A DNA stretch of 64,000 bases, from assembly GCA_963703315.1 (NCBI GenBank), contig OY969811.1:1568001-1632000 (forward strand), given 5' to 3'. The position numbers were made by a program, and so were the translations under genes. The notes beneath the pieces were generated by a model. That model saw only the letters and a program-made list of their open reading frames with translations. It made no database searches and was not told the DNA's origin. This DNA comes from an uncultured cyanobacterium. GTDB lineage: Bacteria; Cyanobacteriota; Cyanobacteriia; Pseudanabaenales; Pseudanabaenaceae. Positions 38,454 to 47,771 of the stretch are shown one piece after another; position 1 is the first letter of the stretch, and each line of letters begins with the position of its first letter.

Positions 38454-39244
38454 ATTATTTTTTGCTCACAGGCTTTAGTTTTGTCGTCGGTACAGTCGTG
38501 GGTTTGACAGGAATTGGTGGTGCTTCTCTGATTACACCAATGTTGATTTTTGTGTTTAATGTCCCTGCGGCGATCGCGGTTGGTTCGGATATTGTTGCCG
38601 CCACGATGATGAAGGCTGTCGCCAGTGTCAGCCATTGGCGACAGGGAACTCTGGATTTTAAGGTAGTGAAATGGCTAGCCTTTGGCAGTGTTCCAGGGGC
38701 ATTGTTAGGAGTAATCATTCTCCATTTAATTCAGTCCTATGGATGGAGCTTGGATTCATTTTTGTTGCCTTCCATCGGCACAATGATTTTATTTGTGACG
38801 ATCGCAGGTTTATTCCAATTAGGACTATCTACTTTTGCGCCTAATCTATCTCTCCCCACATTTCCCACCTTTGATCTAGAAACCACCAATGGCAAAATTA
38901 AGACTGTGGCGATCGGCTTTGTTTTGGGCTGTATGGTGGGCTTAACTAGCGTTTCCTCTGGTTCTCTATTTGCGCTAGTGTTGATGACTTTCTTTAAGCT
39001 AGATTCGCGAAAATTGGTAGGAACTGACATCACCCAAGCCGCAATCTTACTAGGCTTCACATCCTTAGGTCATCTCAGTCTCGGTACTGTCGATTGGCAT
39101 ATTGTCATTCCCATTTGGATTGGTTCTGTCCCCGGAGTTCTCTTAGGCTCCAAGCTTTGTCAATTAGCACCACAAAAGGCTTTGCGCTATCTGATCTTTG
39201 TAATTTTACTCACCGTTAGCTGGAAATTAATCCATTCTGCTTAG
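38450..39244 (+). CDS. Sulfite exporter TauE/SafE family protein
   Basis: GLTGIGGASLITP, AVGSD, GLTSVSSG, LVGTD. Confidence 0.9.
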   Translation: MNYFLLTGFSFVVGTVVGLTGIGGASLITPMLIFVFNVPAAIAVGSDIVAATMMKAVASVSHWRQGTLDFKVVKWLAFGSVPGALLGVIILHLIQSYGWSLDSFLLPSIGTMILFVTIAGLFQLGLSTFAPNLSLPTFPTFDLETTNGKIKTVAIGFVLGCMVGLTSVSSGSLFALVLMTFFKLDSRKLVGTDITQAAILLGFTSLGHLSLGTVDWHIVIPIWIGSVPGVLLGSKLCQLAPQKALRYLIFVILLTVSWKLIHSA

Positions 39245-39370
39245 AATTATCTTAGTTATGGCTTACGCAAATTTTGTGTAAGTCCTACTAGTGATATTTT
39301 AGGCGGCTAGTGTTAGTTTCTTGAGCAAGGTGAATGCTAAGCTATAGGTGATGCTCGTTGCGATAAGCCC

Positions 39371-40594
39371 ATGTTTACTGAAGTTCAAATCGAGAACTAC
39401 AAGTCAATCCAAAGTCTCAAGATAGGTTTGGGTCGGGTTAATGTGTTTATTGGTGAAAATGGTTGTGGTAAGAGCAATATTTTAGAGGCGATCGCTTTAG
39501 CTGGTGCGGCAGCAGGGAATAAGTTAGACAACGAATTTTTAGCTCCTAGAGGGATTAGAGTTACTGAACCAGAATTTATGCGATCGGCTTTTGATAAAGA
39601 GAATGTTACAAAAGCAATCAAGATAAATCTAAATATCAGCAATGATATTCCACTAAATGTTGAAATACAGAATGATAACCAAACTTATTCCAGTTGGCGT
39701 GTTGTCAATCAAAAATCGGTGAATCTCTTTCTACAATCACCTAAATCCGAAAGTTTTTTAATTGATATTAGTCCAGAATTTGAAAATAATATTAAACAAA
39801 TAGCTGAAGATACAATCAAAGCTCAATTAAAAGAGATGAACATAGATATTTCTAATAGACAAGAAATAATTGATTCATTCAAAAATAGTTTCAAAAATGT
39901 GGCTTTAAACTTTTTAAATATTGTAAGTCAAGAGAATTTAAAGCTAAGAGATTTTTTAATATTTACACCTGAATACTCCTCGCTGCGAACTTTTGAACAA
40001 GAAGGACAAATTCAACCACTAGGAAATAGTGGAGAAGGATTACTCAAGCTTTTACAAGTTTTAAATGATAATCCAGATAAAATCAATGAGATTAAGCAGA
40101 GACTTGAGCTTATTGATTGGTTTGATGATTTTAAAATACCTAATTCTGATTTGGAAAGGGTAATTAAAATTAAAGATAGATATTTAGATAAAGAATTACC
40201 TTATTTCAATCAGAGAAGCTCTAATGAAGGATTTTTGTTTTTGATGTTTTACTTTGCTTTGTTTGTCAGTGACGATACACCTAAATTCTTTGCAATTGAC
40301 AACATTGAAAATGCACTAAATCCTAAACTATGTACAAGACTAATCCAAGAATTAGTAGAACTTGCAAAAAAATATGATAAACAAGTTATATTCACAACTC
40401 ATAATCCTGCTATCTTAGATGGTCTAGATCTAAACGATGATGAGCAACGTCTTTTTGCAATTTATCGAAATATGGACGGTCATACCCAAGCTAAGCGTAT
40501 AGCTCCACTGGAACCTTTAGATGATGGTGAAATTGTGCCTTTGTCAGAGGCTTTTATAAATGGTTATATTGGCGGACTACCGAAAAATTTTTAA
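39371..40594 (+). CDS. AAA_21/AAA_15-type (ABC/SMC-like) ATPase
   Basis: IENYKSI, GENGCGKS, SNEG, IDNIENALNP, TTHNP. Confidence 0.88.
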   Translation: MFTEVQIENYKSIQSLKIGLGRVNVFIGENGCGKSNILEAIALAGAAAGNKLDNEFLAPRGIRVTEPEFMRSAFDKENVTKAIKINLNISNDIPLNVEIQNDNQTYSSWRVVNQKSVNLFLQSPKSESFLIDISPEFENNIKQIAEDTIKAQLKEMNIDISNRQEIIDSFKNSFKNVALNFLNIVSQENLKLRDFLIFTPEYSSLRTFEQEGQIQPLGNSGEGLLKLLQVLNDNPDKINEIKQRLELIDWFDDFKIPNSDLERVIKIKDRYLDKELPYFNQRSSNEGFLFLMFYFALFVSDDTPKFFAIDNIENALNPKLCTRLIQELVELAKKYDKQVIFTTHNPAILDGLDLNDDEQRLFAIYRNMDGHTQAKRIAPLEPLDDGEIVPLSEAFINGYIGGLPKNF

Positions 40595-40595
40595 T

Positions 40596-41222
40596 ATGTA
40601 TACATTTGGCGCAATTGTAGAAGGGATAACTGATTATCCTATTATTAATAGTATTTTGATGGGATATTTTAATGACAGTAAAATTGATATTAACCTGATT
40701 AGTCCTATAAACTTTCAAGTGTCATCCAATTACGACAAAGTATTTAAAAGCTGTAAACCAGAAAAATTAAAACGAGCTTTTCTAGCAAACAAATATATTA
40801 TTATTCATGTCGATACTGATGTATCCGAAAGTTTTGGCGTTTCACATTACGAAGATAATCAACCACTTTCTCCGCAACAATTGATTGATAAAACAGTAGA
40901 TAAATTTAAACAAAAAATGGGGGAAGAATTTTATAATCAGTATGGACATCGAATTATTTTTGCGATCGCTGTGCATTCAATAGAATGTTGGTTATTTCCG
41001 CTATTGGCTTCTGATGACCAAAGTTCACAAACTGAGAATTGTTATAAAGTCTTAGAGAAAACAGTTCCAAGTTTCAGAAAAGACTATGGATATTATCAAG
41101 AAATCACCGAGAGATACCGCAATCACGATGCTTTATTAAAGCTCTATCCTAAAAATCCTAGCTTAAAGTTTTTTATTGAGCAACTTGCCAGCAAAAATAT
41201 TGAAATTTCTGAAGAATCGTGA
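40596..41222 (+). CDS. TOPRIM-like (DUF4276/RloB-like) partner of the AAA ATPase
   Basis: VEGITD, HVDTD, SIECW, NPSL; ATG 1 bp after the ATPase stop. Confidence 0.65.
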   Translation: MYTFGAIVEGITDYPIINSILMGYFNDSKIDINLISPINFQVSSNYDKVFKSCKPEKLKRAFLANKYIIIHVDTDVSESFGVSHYEDNQPLSPQQLIDKTVDKFKQKMGEEFYNQYGHRIIFAIAVHSIECWLFPLLASDDQSSQTENCYKVLEKTVPSFRKDYGYYQEITERYRNHDALLKLYPKNPSLKFFIEQLASKNIEISEES

Positions 41223-41235
41223 TTTAGAAATATAA

Positions 41236-41535
41236 TTATCCTTTCAACTCATTAGCCATAGAGCTAACTTGAGAAAACAAAGAAGAAGCTGCTTGCACTA
41301 ATTGCCCAAATCCTGTTATAACCAATTGCCCAAAATCAGTTAGGCTTTGCCAAATATCTACCCCAACATAAACCTTTAAGTAAATTGCCACCAATACCAG
41401 TGAAATAGCCGCGATCGCAAATTTACCGACTAACTTCGCTAGTAGTTCCAAAATTGCTGAGGTTGCCCAGATAGCGGCTCCAAGTGCGATCACACCAAGA
41501 ATTAAGCTAAGAGTTTGATTTGTTTCCATATACAA
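41236..41535 (-). CDS. Small hypothetical membrane protein
   Basis: Two hydrophobic helices. Confidence 0.6.
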   Translation of the reverse strand: MYMETNQTLSLILGVIALGAAIWATSAILELLAKLVGKFAIAAISLVLVAIYLKVYVGVDIWQSLTDFGQLVITGFGQLVQAASSLFSQVSSMANELKG

Positions 41536-41601
41536 GATTCTCCAATTTAGGTAAGTATAGCGTTTTTGAATTTATCGTAGACATCAGCAAAAGTGCTATG
41601 C

Positions 41602-42228
41602 CTAATGAAACAAAGGAAGTAACTGATAAGTTTCGCTTTCGTAAATAATGTAAATTCCTAAAGCAATCAATACAAAAGGCACGATCGCATCACTATATTG
41701 TGAGAGAAATTTGGCGATCGCATGGTGACTGCTGATACTTTTGGCGGCATAACACCAAACCATGATCAGAATCAAAAAAGTAGCGATCGTGATCGAAAGA
41801 GAAATAGCATTGCTACTGGCAAATAAAGGAACATAAATGCCAATATTGTCCCCCCCATTCGCAAAGGTCACCGCCGCCACATGATAGCTCTGCGGCGCAA
41901 TCAAAGGTGATTTTCCCTGCTCAGGAATCGCGCAAGTTTGCACAGTTACTTCTTCTTGGTGCTTGAATAGATGTTTGATACCGATCGCGATCGGTAATAG
42001 TCCTAATAAACCAATCCATTTATGGTCAATAATTAAGCCGCCAAAGTACCCCGGTAAACTGGCGAGAATCAAAGCGACAAAGCCTAGATATTGACCAATG
42101 AGAATATGACGTGGACGAAATTTATCATCGACTTGAGCAAAAAAAATCGTGAGAATGAGAATATCATCGATATTAGTGGCGGTAAAAGCGGCGATCGCAA
42201 TTCCCACAGTACCGATGATCAATTCCAT
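41602..42228 (-). CDS. CadD-family (cadmium resistance) transporter 1
   Basis: ATNIDD, GQYLGF, ANGGDNIGIYVPLF. Confidence 0.9.
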   Translation of the reverse strand: MELIIGTVGIAIAAFTATNIDDILILTIFFAQVDDKFRPRHILIGQYLGFVALILASLPGYFGGLIIDHKWIGLLGLLPIAIGIKHLFKHQEEVTVQTCAIPEQGKSPLIAPQSYHVAAVTFANGGDNIGIYVPLFASSNAISLSITIATFLILIMVWCYAAKSISSHHAIAKFLSQYSDAIVPFVLIALGIYIIYESETYQLLPLFH

Positions 42229-42395
42229 ATTTTTACCTCAAGCTAATAGACAAGTAGAGTTCGTATTCATTTTATCGCTAGTTCAGCAACCTTTGAGATT
42301 GCAAGGCACAAACCCCTTATATAACGGTCAATTTGCGGTGTTTGAGAGTGCTGTAAGATTATTTTTCTGGACTTATTGATGTTTTTAGAGACCGC

Positions 42396-43328
42396 ATGAC
42401 GCTCGAACAATTACGCATTTTTTTAGCAGTTGCTGAACATTTACATTTCACCCGTGCCGCCGAAGAACTCTACATCACGCAACCTGCGGTCAGCGCTGCC
42501 GTTCAAAGTTTGGAAGAGAGTTATGGAGTCAGACTTTTTCATCGGATTGGTCGCCATATCGAAATCACGGAGGCGGGGATCTTGTTACAAGCAGAAGCGA
42601 AGGATATTCTCGATCGCGTCAAGTTGATGGAGAGAGGCTTGCGCGAGCTAAATGATTTGCAACGGGGAGAATTAAAACTAGGAACAAGTCTCACGATTGG
42701 TAACTATTGGCTACCTGCCAAAATCAGCCAATTTCAGGAGCGATATCCAAATATTAATATCAAATGTACTTTAGCGAATACTGAAGAAATTTGTGATGGA
42801 ACCGTTGCGGGTTTATTTGATATAGGTTTAGTGGAAGCAGAAGTCAAACCTTCGCTACAAAAAATCTTGGACAAAGAAGAAATTGGTAGCGATCGCCTAT
42901 TAATTGTGGTTGGGAAATCTCATCCTTGGTATAACCGCCAACAAATTACGGTTGATGAATTAACGGAAACTGCGTGGGTGATGCGGGAATCTGGATCAGG
43001 GACACAGCAAGTATTTGAACAGGCTTTGCAAAACTGGGGGATCGATCTTGCTCAGTTGAAGATTATGTTAGTGCTGAGCAGTGGCGAAATGGTGAAATCA
43101 GCGATCGAAAGTAGTCTGAGGGCGGCGGCAATTTCGGAACTCATGGTACAAAAAGAATTTCAATTAGGAACATTACGTCCTGTAAAAGTGGTGAATGGAG
43201 ATCGCACTAATCCCCTTGATATAGCGCCCCTTGAGATTGCACGAACATTTCTAAAACTCAAACATAACAAGCGTTTTCAAACAAGGATCGCCAAAGTCTT
43301 TGGCGAAATTTTACTGCAACAATCGTAG
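42396..43328 (+). CDS. LysR family transcriptional regulator
   Basis: HFTRAAEELYITQPAVS HTH; RESGSGT. Confidence 0.95.
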   Translation: MTLEQLRIFLAVAEHLHFTRAAEELYITQPAVSAAVQSLEESYGVRLFHRIGRHIEITEAGILLQAEAKDILDRVKLMERGLRELNDLQRGELKLGTSLTIGNYWLPAKISQFQERYPNINIKCTLANTEEICDGTVAGLFDIGLVEAEVKPSLQKILDKEEIGSDRLLIVVGKSHPWYNRQQITVDELTETAWVMRESGSGTQQVFEQALQNWGIDLAQLKIMLVLSSGEMVKSAIESSLRAAAISELMVQKEFQLGTLRPVKVVNGDRTNPLDIAPLEIARTFLKLKHNKRFQTRIAKVFGEILLQQS

Positions 43329-43336
43329 CCAAACAT

Positions 43337-43999
43337 CTAGACAGGCAAGAGTAATTTGTAAGACTGAGCTTTAACGAAAATAGAGAGTCCTAAATAAATC
43401 AAGATTAAAGGACAAATCTTACTGCCATAGCGAGCGACCAAAGCCGAAATTCCGGGAAAACGGGTCAAGCTATAGGAGCAGCAACACCAGAAACCAACAG
43501 TCATGTAGCACATGGTCAAAATTACCCCAAGGCTAGGTAAGCTGCTGCTAGCAAACAACGGCACATAGACGGCAATATTGTTACCACCATTAGAGACATG
43601 GACGGCAGTAACTCGATGGGTTTTGGGATCGCGCAGGGTTGACCATAATGATTGCTTGATGCGAGGTCTACCAACTTCTGTATGTACTTTCTCTACTTCT
43701 TCAACAATATCGTGATCACCATCATCGCCTTTGCCGAGTAATTGATTGATGCCAATGATGATTGGTAAGCAACCAAGCAGACCGAGCCACATATCGGGAA
43801 TCACCAGACCGACGAAGAAGCCAATCATACTGATGCCAACTAAGATTGTGAATCCTAGAAATTCCCCAGCGACAACATGACGAGGACGAAAAGTACGACT
43901 TACTTTTCCAAAAAATGATGTGAGGTAAATATTATCGTCAAGGGTGGTTGCTACTGCTACTGCGATTCCTGTGGCGATCGTTCCTTCTAACCAACTCAT
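43337..43999 (-). CDS. CadD-family transporter 2 (divergent)
   Basis: ATTLDD, GEFLGF, SNGGNNIAVYVPLF. Confidence 0.88.
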   Translation of the reverse strand: MSWLEGTIATGIAVAVATTLDDNIYLTSFFGKVSRTFRPRHVVAGEFLGFTILVGISMIGFFVGLVIPDMWLGLLGCLPIIIGINQLLGKGDDGDHDIVEEVEKVHTEVGRPRIKQSLWSTLRDPKTHRVTAVHVSNGGNNIAVYVPLFASSSLPSLGVILTMCYMTVGFWCCCSYSLTRFPGISALVARYGSKICPLILIYLGLSIFVKAQSYKLLLPV

Positions 44000-44056
44000 C
44001 TTGAATCTTTCCTTTTTGACTTCTTTTGTGTATTAATTTCATCCTATCTGTCTCTT

Positions 44057-44105
44057 CCAATAGAAACAAATGTTCTTTTTTGTTGAAATGATAAACAAAG
44101 GTTAT
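44057..44105 (-). promoter_or_regulatory. Putative LysR-controlled promoter block for CadD 2
   Basis: ATAA-N7-TTAT box; 36/49 identical to 44318-44366 in inverted orientation. Confidence 0.65.
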
Positions 44106-44317
44106 GGATAAATTCTACGGATCAACAATATGTAGACATACTTTTTTAATACACAAATAAACCAGTCATGATTTAGCTGCTAATCAAAATTAAGTATTTG
44201 CTATAAACTTTACTGAATAAAGCTTTCAATAAGTGGTTACTATATTTAGTGGCGATCGCTTAATCATAAAAATTACAAAATTTAGATGTCATTCTTGTTG
44301 CTCAAATCACACAATCA

Positions 44318-44366
44318 ATTACTTAAAGTTATCGTTTTAAAAAGAAAGAACATTTGATTTTATCGG
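44318..44366 (+). promoter_or_regulatory. Putative LysR-controlled promoter block for CadD 3
   Basis: ATTA-N7-TTAT followed by the shared AAAGAACATTTG. Confidence 0.65.
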
Positions 44367-44461
44367 TTGTAATCTCTATATTGATGACATCGCAAATACA
44401 GATTTTCCTAAAGAGAATTCCCCTCTTTTAACTGAAGGATTCCGTTAATTAGAAATAAATT

Positions 44462-45184
44462 ATGAATGCTCTACTAACCTCAATTCCCACCGCACTTACC
44501 GCCTTTACTGCCACCAATCTGGATGACGTGTTGATTCTGTTACTTTTTTTCTCCCAAGTCAGCACGTCATTTCGGAAACGGCATATTGTTCTCGGTCAGT
44601 ACCTCGGCTTTGGGGCGCTGGTAGTGGCTAGCCTCTCTGGATACTTTGGCGGCTTACTCATGCCTAGAGATTGGATTGGGATGTTAGGAATATTACCAAT
44701 TGCGATCGGGCTAAATCGCTTGTTTATTCCTGAATCTGAGGAGACAGAAGCAGAAAATCAACCTGAACCATCAAATTCTTGGTTATCTAATTTACTTTCT
44801 CCCCAAGTCTATAGTGTGGCTGCGGTCACCTTTGCCAATGGCGGTGACAATGTGGGGATTTATGTTCCTCTCTTTGCCAGTGCCACGTGGGAGAGCTTAC
44901 TCGTCATCCTCAGTGTCTTCTTCTCGATGGTGGGCGTGTGGTGCTATACGGCTTATCGATTAATCCAAGTTCCTGCGATCGCTGATGCACTCAACCGTTA
45001 TGGTAACTACCTTGTGCCATTTGTATTGATTGGTTTAGGCATCTTGATCATGATTGATAGTCATACCTTAGAAAATCGTGGTTTAGCTGTCCTTAGTCTC
45101 GTCATTGGTGGATTAGTTGTGCTGAATCTTGGTCGCAATATCTCTGAACTAAACACTAAAGATCCTCAACTAGATCGCATTTAA
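44462..45184 (+). CDS. CadD-family transporter 3
   Basis: ATNLDD, GQYLGF, ANGGDNVGIYVPLF. Confidence 0.9.
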   Translation: MNALLTSIPTALTAFTATNLDDVLILLLFFSQVSTSFRKRHIVLGQYLGFGALVVASLSGYFGGLLMPRDWIGMLGILPIAIGLNRLFIPESEETEAENQPEPSNSWLSNLLSPQVYSVAAVTFANGGDNVGIYVPLFASATWESLLVILSVFFSMVGVWCYTAYRLIQVPAIADALNRYGNYLVPFVLIGLGILIMIDSHTLENRGLAVLSLVIGGLVVLNLGRNISELNTKDPQLDRI

Positions 45185-45188
45185 TCAA

Positions 45189-45779
45189 ATGTCCACTTAC
45201 TTTACCAATAGAAAAACCATGAAACTCATTCAAACTCTACTCGTTACCTTAGTGGTGCTGTTTAATTTAGCGATCGCCCAACCATCTTTCGCCGATAAGC
45301 CACCTGTGACTCGCAATCCTGACTATATCTCAGTTACTGAAGAACTAGCCAAGGCAACCGATCCCACTGAAATTGCCAAACTTCAGTTTGAGAAATACAT
45401 CATCGAAACAGGTGAGTCCTTTGCGGAATGTCGTAATTTAACCAATGCGCCTCTAATTGTTTACGGCAAAAAATCTAAACTCGATCAGTCTACTTTTGAC
45501 AATGCCCTCTATGTGCTACCTGCTGGCAAAACCACGAATGAAGATTGGAACTGTCAAGGGATTTATCTAGCTAATGGCTTGAATAATGATGGTCAACCTG
45601 TTGCCGTCAAAATCGTGACTGGCACTCAATTAGTCGCCAAATCTAACCCTGAAACTGGAGCATTAGAACTAAATATTCCTGCTGCGAATATCTTCAAGTC
45701 TGGAGATGTTAATTGGTCAATTCCTGATACTGCTGAAGCCTTGGCAGCAGTGCAACCAACCCAAGCTCCATTAGACTAA
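45189..45779 (+). CDS. Exported hypothetical protein
   Basis: Signal peptide ending PSFA; two Cys (CRN, WNC); apparently operonic with CadD 3. Confidence 0.75.
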   Translation: MSTYFTNRKTMKLIQTLLVTLVVLFNLAIAQPSFADKPPVTRNPDYISVTEELAKATDPTEIAKLQFEKYIIETGESFAECRNLTNAPLIVYGKKSKLDQSTFDNALYVLPAGKTTNEDWNCQGIYLANGLNNDGQPVAVKIVTGTQLVAKSNPETGALELNIPAANIFKSGDVNWSIPDTAEALAAVQPTQAPLD

Positions 45780-45812
45780 TAATTTTTATACTGCTTTGCG
45801 CTCAAACCTGAA

Positions 45813-45865
45813 CCAAGAATTTTTGTAAAAGTGTTGCGAAGCAACACTTTTACAAAAATTCTTGG
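45813..45865. repeat. Perfect palindrome (25-bp arms, GAA loop)
   Basis: ccaagaatttttgtaaaagtgttgc-gaa-gcaacacttttacaaaaattcttgg. Confidence 0.9.
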
Positions 45866-46086
45866 GGTTCATTTGATCGGAAATTGCTGTAAGAAAGGAA
45901 GTGCCGCGCTATGCGCGGCACTTCCTTTCGGTTCTACATTCCACGCTTTATAACCGTCATTTAGATAAGCCTCTAATCTCCTGTAGGTAAGGATTTTTAA
46001 TCTTTTTACACAGGAGATTTTTCCTATATAATCTTGAGAAGAAATGCTTGCTAAACAAGAAATATAGAAGATCCCCAAGTCCTACG

Positions 46087-46515
46087 ATGCAGCTATTGTT
46101 CAAACCAAAAAAAGATATTGATGAGAAAACCCTTTTAGGTAAGCAAAACCCTAATCGTGTCCGCGATCATTTAGCAAATGAAAGAACTTATTTGTCATGG
46201 ATGCGAATGGCGATCGCCCTATTAGGGGTGGGTGTAATCGTCGTCCGTCTTCGCATTTTACGTCCACCGATGCTGCCTGCCCCCGGAAATGGTTGGCGAT
46301 TAGGATTAGCATTTGCGGTGATTGGACTTTTAACTGTATGGCTTTCCACACATCATTATTTTGCTGTCCGCCACGACATTGACGCAGACACATTTGATCC
46401 GCCCGATCGCTGGGTTGTCTTATTCAGTCTGGCAATCACTTTGATCGGTGCAGCCGTAATCTACTACGTTTTTGCGGCTCCCCTCGAACAAATGGGTTTA
46501 GTTATTCCCGATTGA
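46087..46515 (+). CDS. DUF202 (YidH) membrane protein
   Basis: RDHLANERTYLSWMR. Confidence 0.9.
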   Translation: MQLLFKPKKDIDEKTLLGKQNPNRVRDHLANERTYLSWMRMAIALLGVGVIVVRLRILRPPMLPAPGNGWRLGLAFAVIGLLTVWLSTHHYFAVRHDIDADTFDPPDRWVVLFSLAITLIGAAVIYYVFAAPLEQMGLVIPD

Positions 46516-47593
46516 ATGGAATCAAAATCGAGATCTTAGTCCCTAAATCTTCTTGGCTATGAATATCGATATGACCTCCATAAAACTCAACTAAGGTCTT
46601 GGCTAGTGATAAGCCTAGACCCATACCTTGCTGTTCGTAAAACTGGCGCTCAAATTGAATAAATGCGCCAATACTACTAATTTGCTGTTGATTCATGCCA
46701 CGCCCATGATCTTGGATGACAAAGCTCCATTGATTTTCCATTACATTACTCGTGACAACAACTTTGCTTCCTTTAGGGGAATATTTGAAAGCATTATCAA
46801 TTAACTCTTCCGTAATTTTAACTAAATCTTCTGAAGAAATATCGAGATCAAATTCTGTGAGACTTAACTCTAAGTCTTCTAGGCGATCGCCTTCTCTAGC
46901 TTTGCGATCGGCAATATTGCTAATCAGCATTTGACTATTGCACGGATAGCTAGCTGTAAATCTGGACTGACCCTGCGATCGCATGACCAATAACTTGGCA
47001 TAGAGCAAGTAGTTTTGGATGAGTCGATGGAGTCGCTGAGCAGAATGATGAATTCCTTGAGCATATTCATGAATTTCCGTAGGCAGCATCTCTTCACTTT
47101 GCATCACCATCAGTTCTGACAGACCCATAATGCCTGAGAGGGGAGTCTGTAACTCATGGGGCAGCGATAGAGTAATGCTACTCCGTAAGGCTTCCATCCT
47201 ATCTTCCATGTGTTGAGTGATCGCCTTTTGTTTACCTAGACGCACGGCGATCGCTTGGAGTAATTCATCTCTTGTGCAGGGCTTTTCTAAATAATCATCT
47301 GCACCCAGTGCCATGCCACGACGATTACTCCGACGATCCATCATCGAAGTCAAAAACAAAAAAGGTACAGTCTTTAGCTCTTTATCTTTCCGTACCTGCT
47401 CAAGGACTTCATAACCGTTCAGGATTGGCATCATCACATCACAAAGAATTAAATCGGGCTGTTTTTGACTTGCCAGATTGACACCTTTTTCACCATTTTC
47501 GGCAGTAATTACCTCAAATCCTTCTACCAAAAGCAGATCTTCTAAGGACTCACGAATTAAGTCTTCATCTTCGATAACTAATATGCGTGTCAT
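46502..47593 (-). CDS. Hybrid response regulator/histidine kinase
   Basis: REC domain (IEDE, CDVMMP), HELQTP, NAFKY, GMGLGL. Confidence 0.92.
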   Translation of the reverse strand: MTRILVIEDEDLIRESLEDLLLVEGFEVITAENGEKGVNLASQKQPDLILCDVMMPILNGYEVLEQVRKDKELKTVPFLFLTSMMDRRSNRRGMALGADDYLEKPCTRDELLQAIAVRLGKQKAITQHMEDRMEALRSSITLSLPHELQTPLSGIMGLSELMVMQSEEMLPTEIHEYAQGIHHSAQRLHRLIQNYLLYAKLLVMRSQGQSRFTASYPCNSQMLISNIADRKAREGDRLEDLELSLTEFDLDISSEDLVKITEELIDNAFKYSPKGSKVVVTSNVMENQWSFVIQDHGRGMNQQQISSIGAFIQFERQFYEQQGMGLGLSLAKTLVEFYGGHIDIHSQEDLGTKISILIPFNRE

Positions 47594-47691
47594 ACTTTTG
47601 TTTGCTTTTATTCATATATTACCCACTAATTATTCTTAGATTACTTAAGCTCAGATTAAATTTACATCTGTCGCCAGTCTTGTTAAGACAC

Positions 47692-47744
47692 AAACCCCAG
47701 AAGTGAGTGGCGGCGCAAAGCGCCGCCACTCACTTCTGGGGTTT
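47692..47744. repeat. Perfect palindrome (25-bp arms, AAA loop)
   Basis: aaaccccagaagtgagtggcggcgc-aaa-gcgccgccactcacttctggggttt. Confidence 0.9.
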
Positions 47745-47771
47745 TGTGGTGCGGCTTTGCCGAACCACAAA

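Noticed and set aside
33857..46515. Short convergent 3' overlaps (ykgJ/cysA, SPFH/Uma2, DUF202/hybrid kinase)
   Set aside because: Overlaps of 9-17 bp between convergent genes are ordinary.
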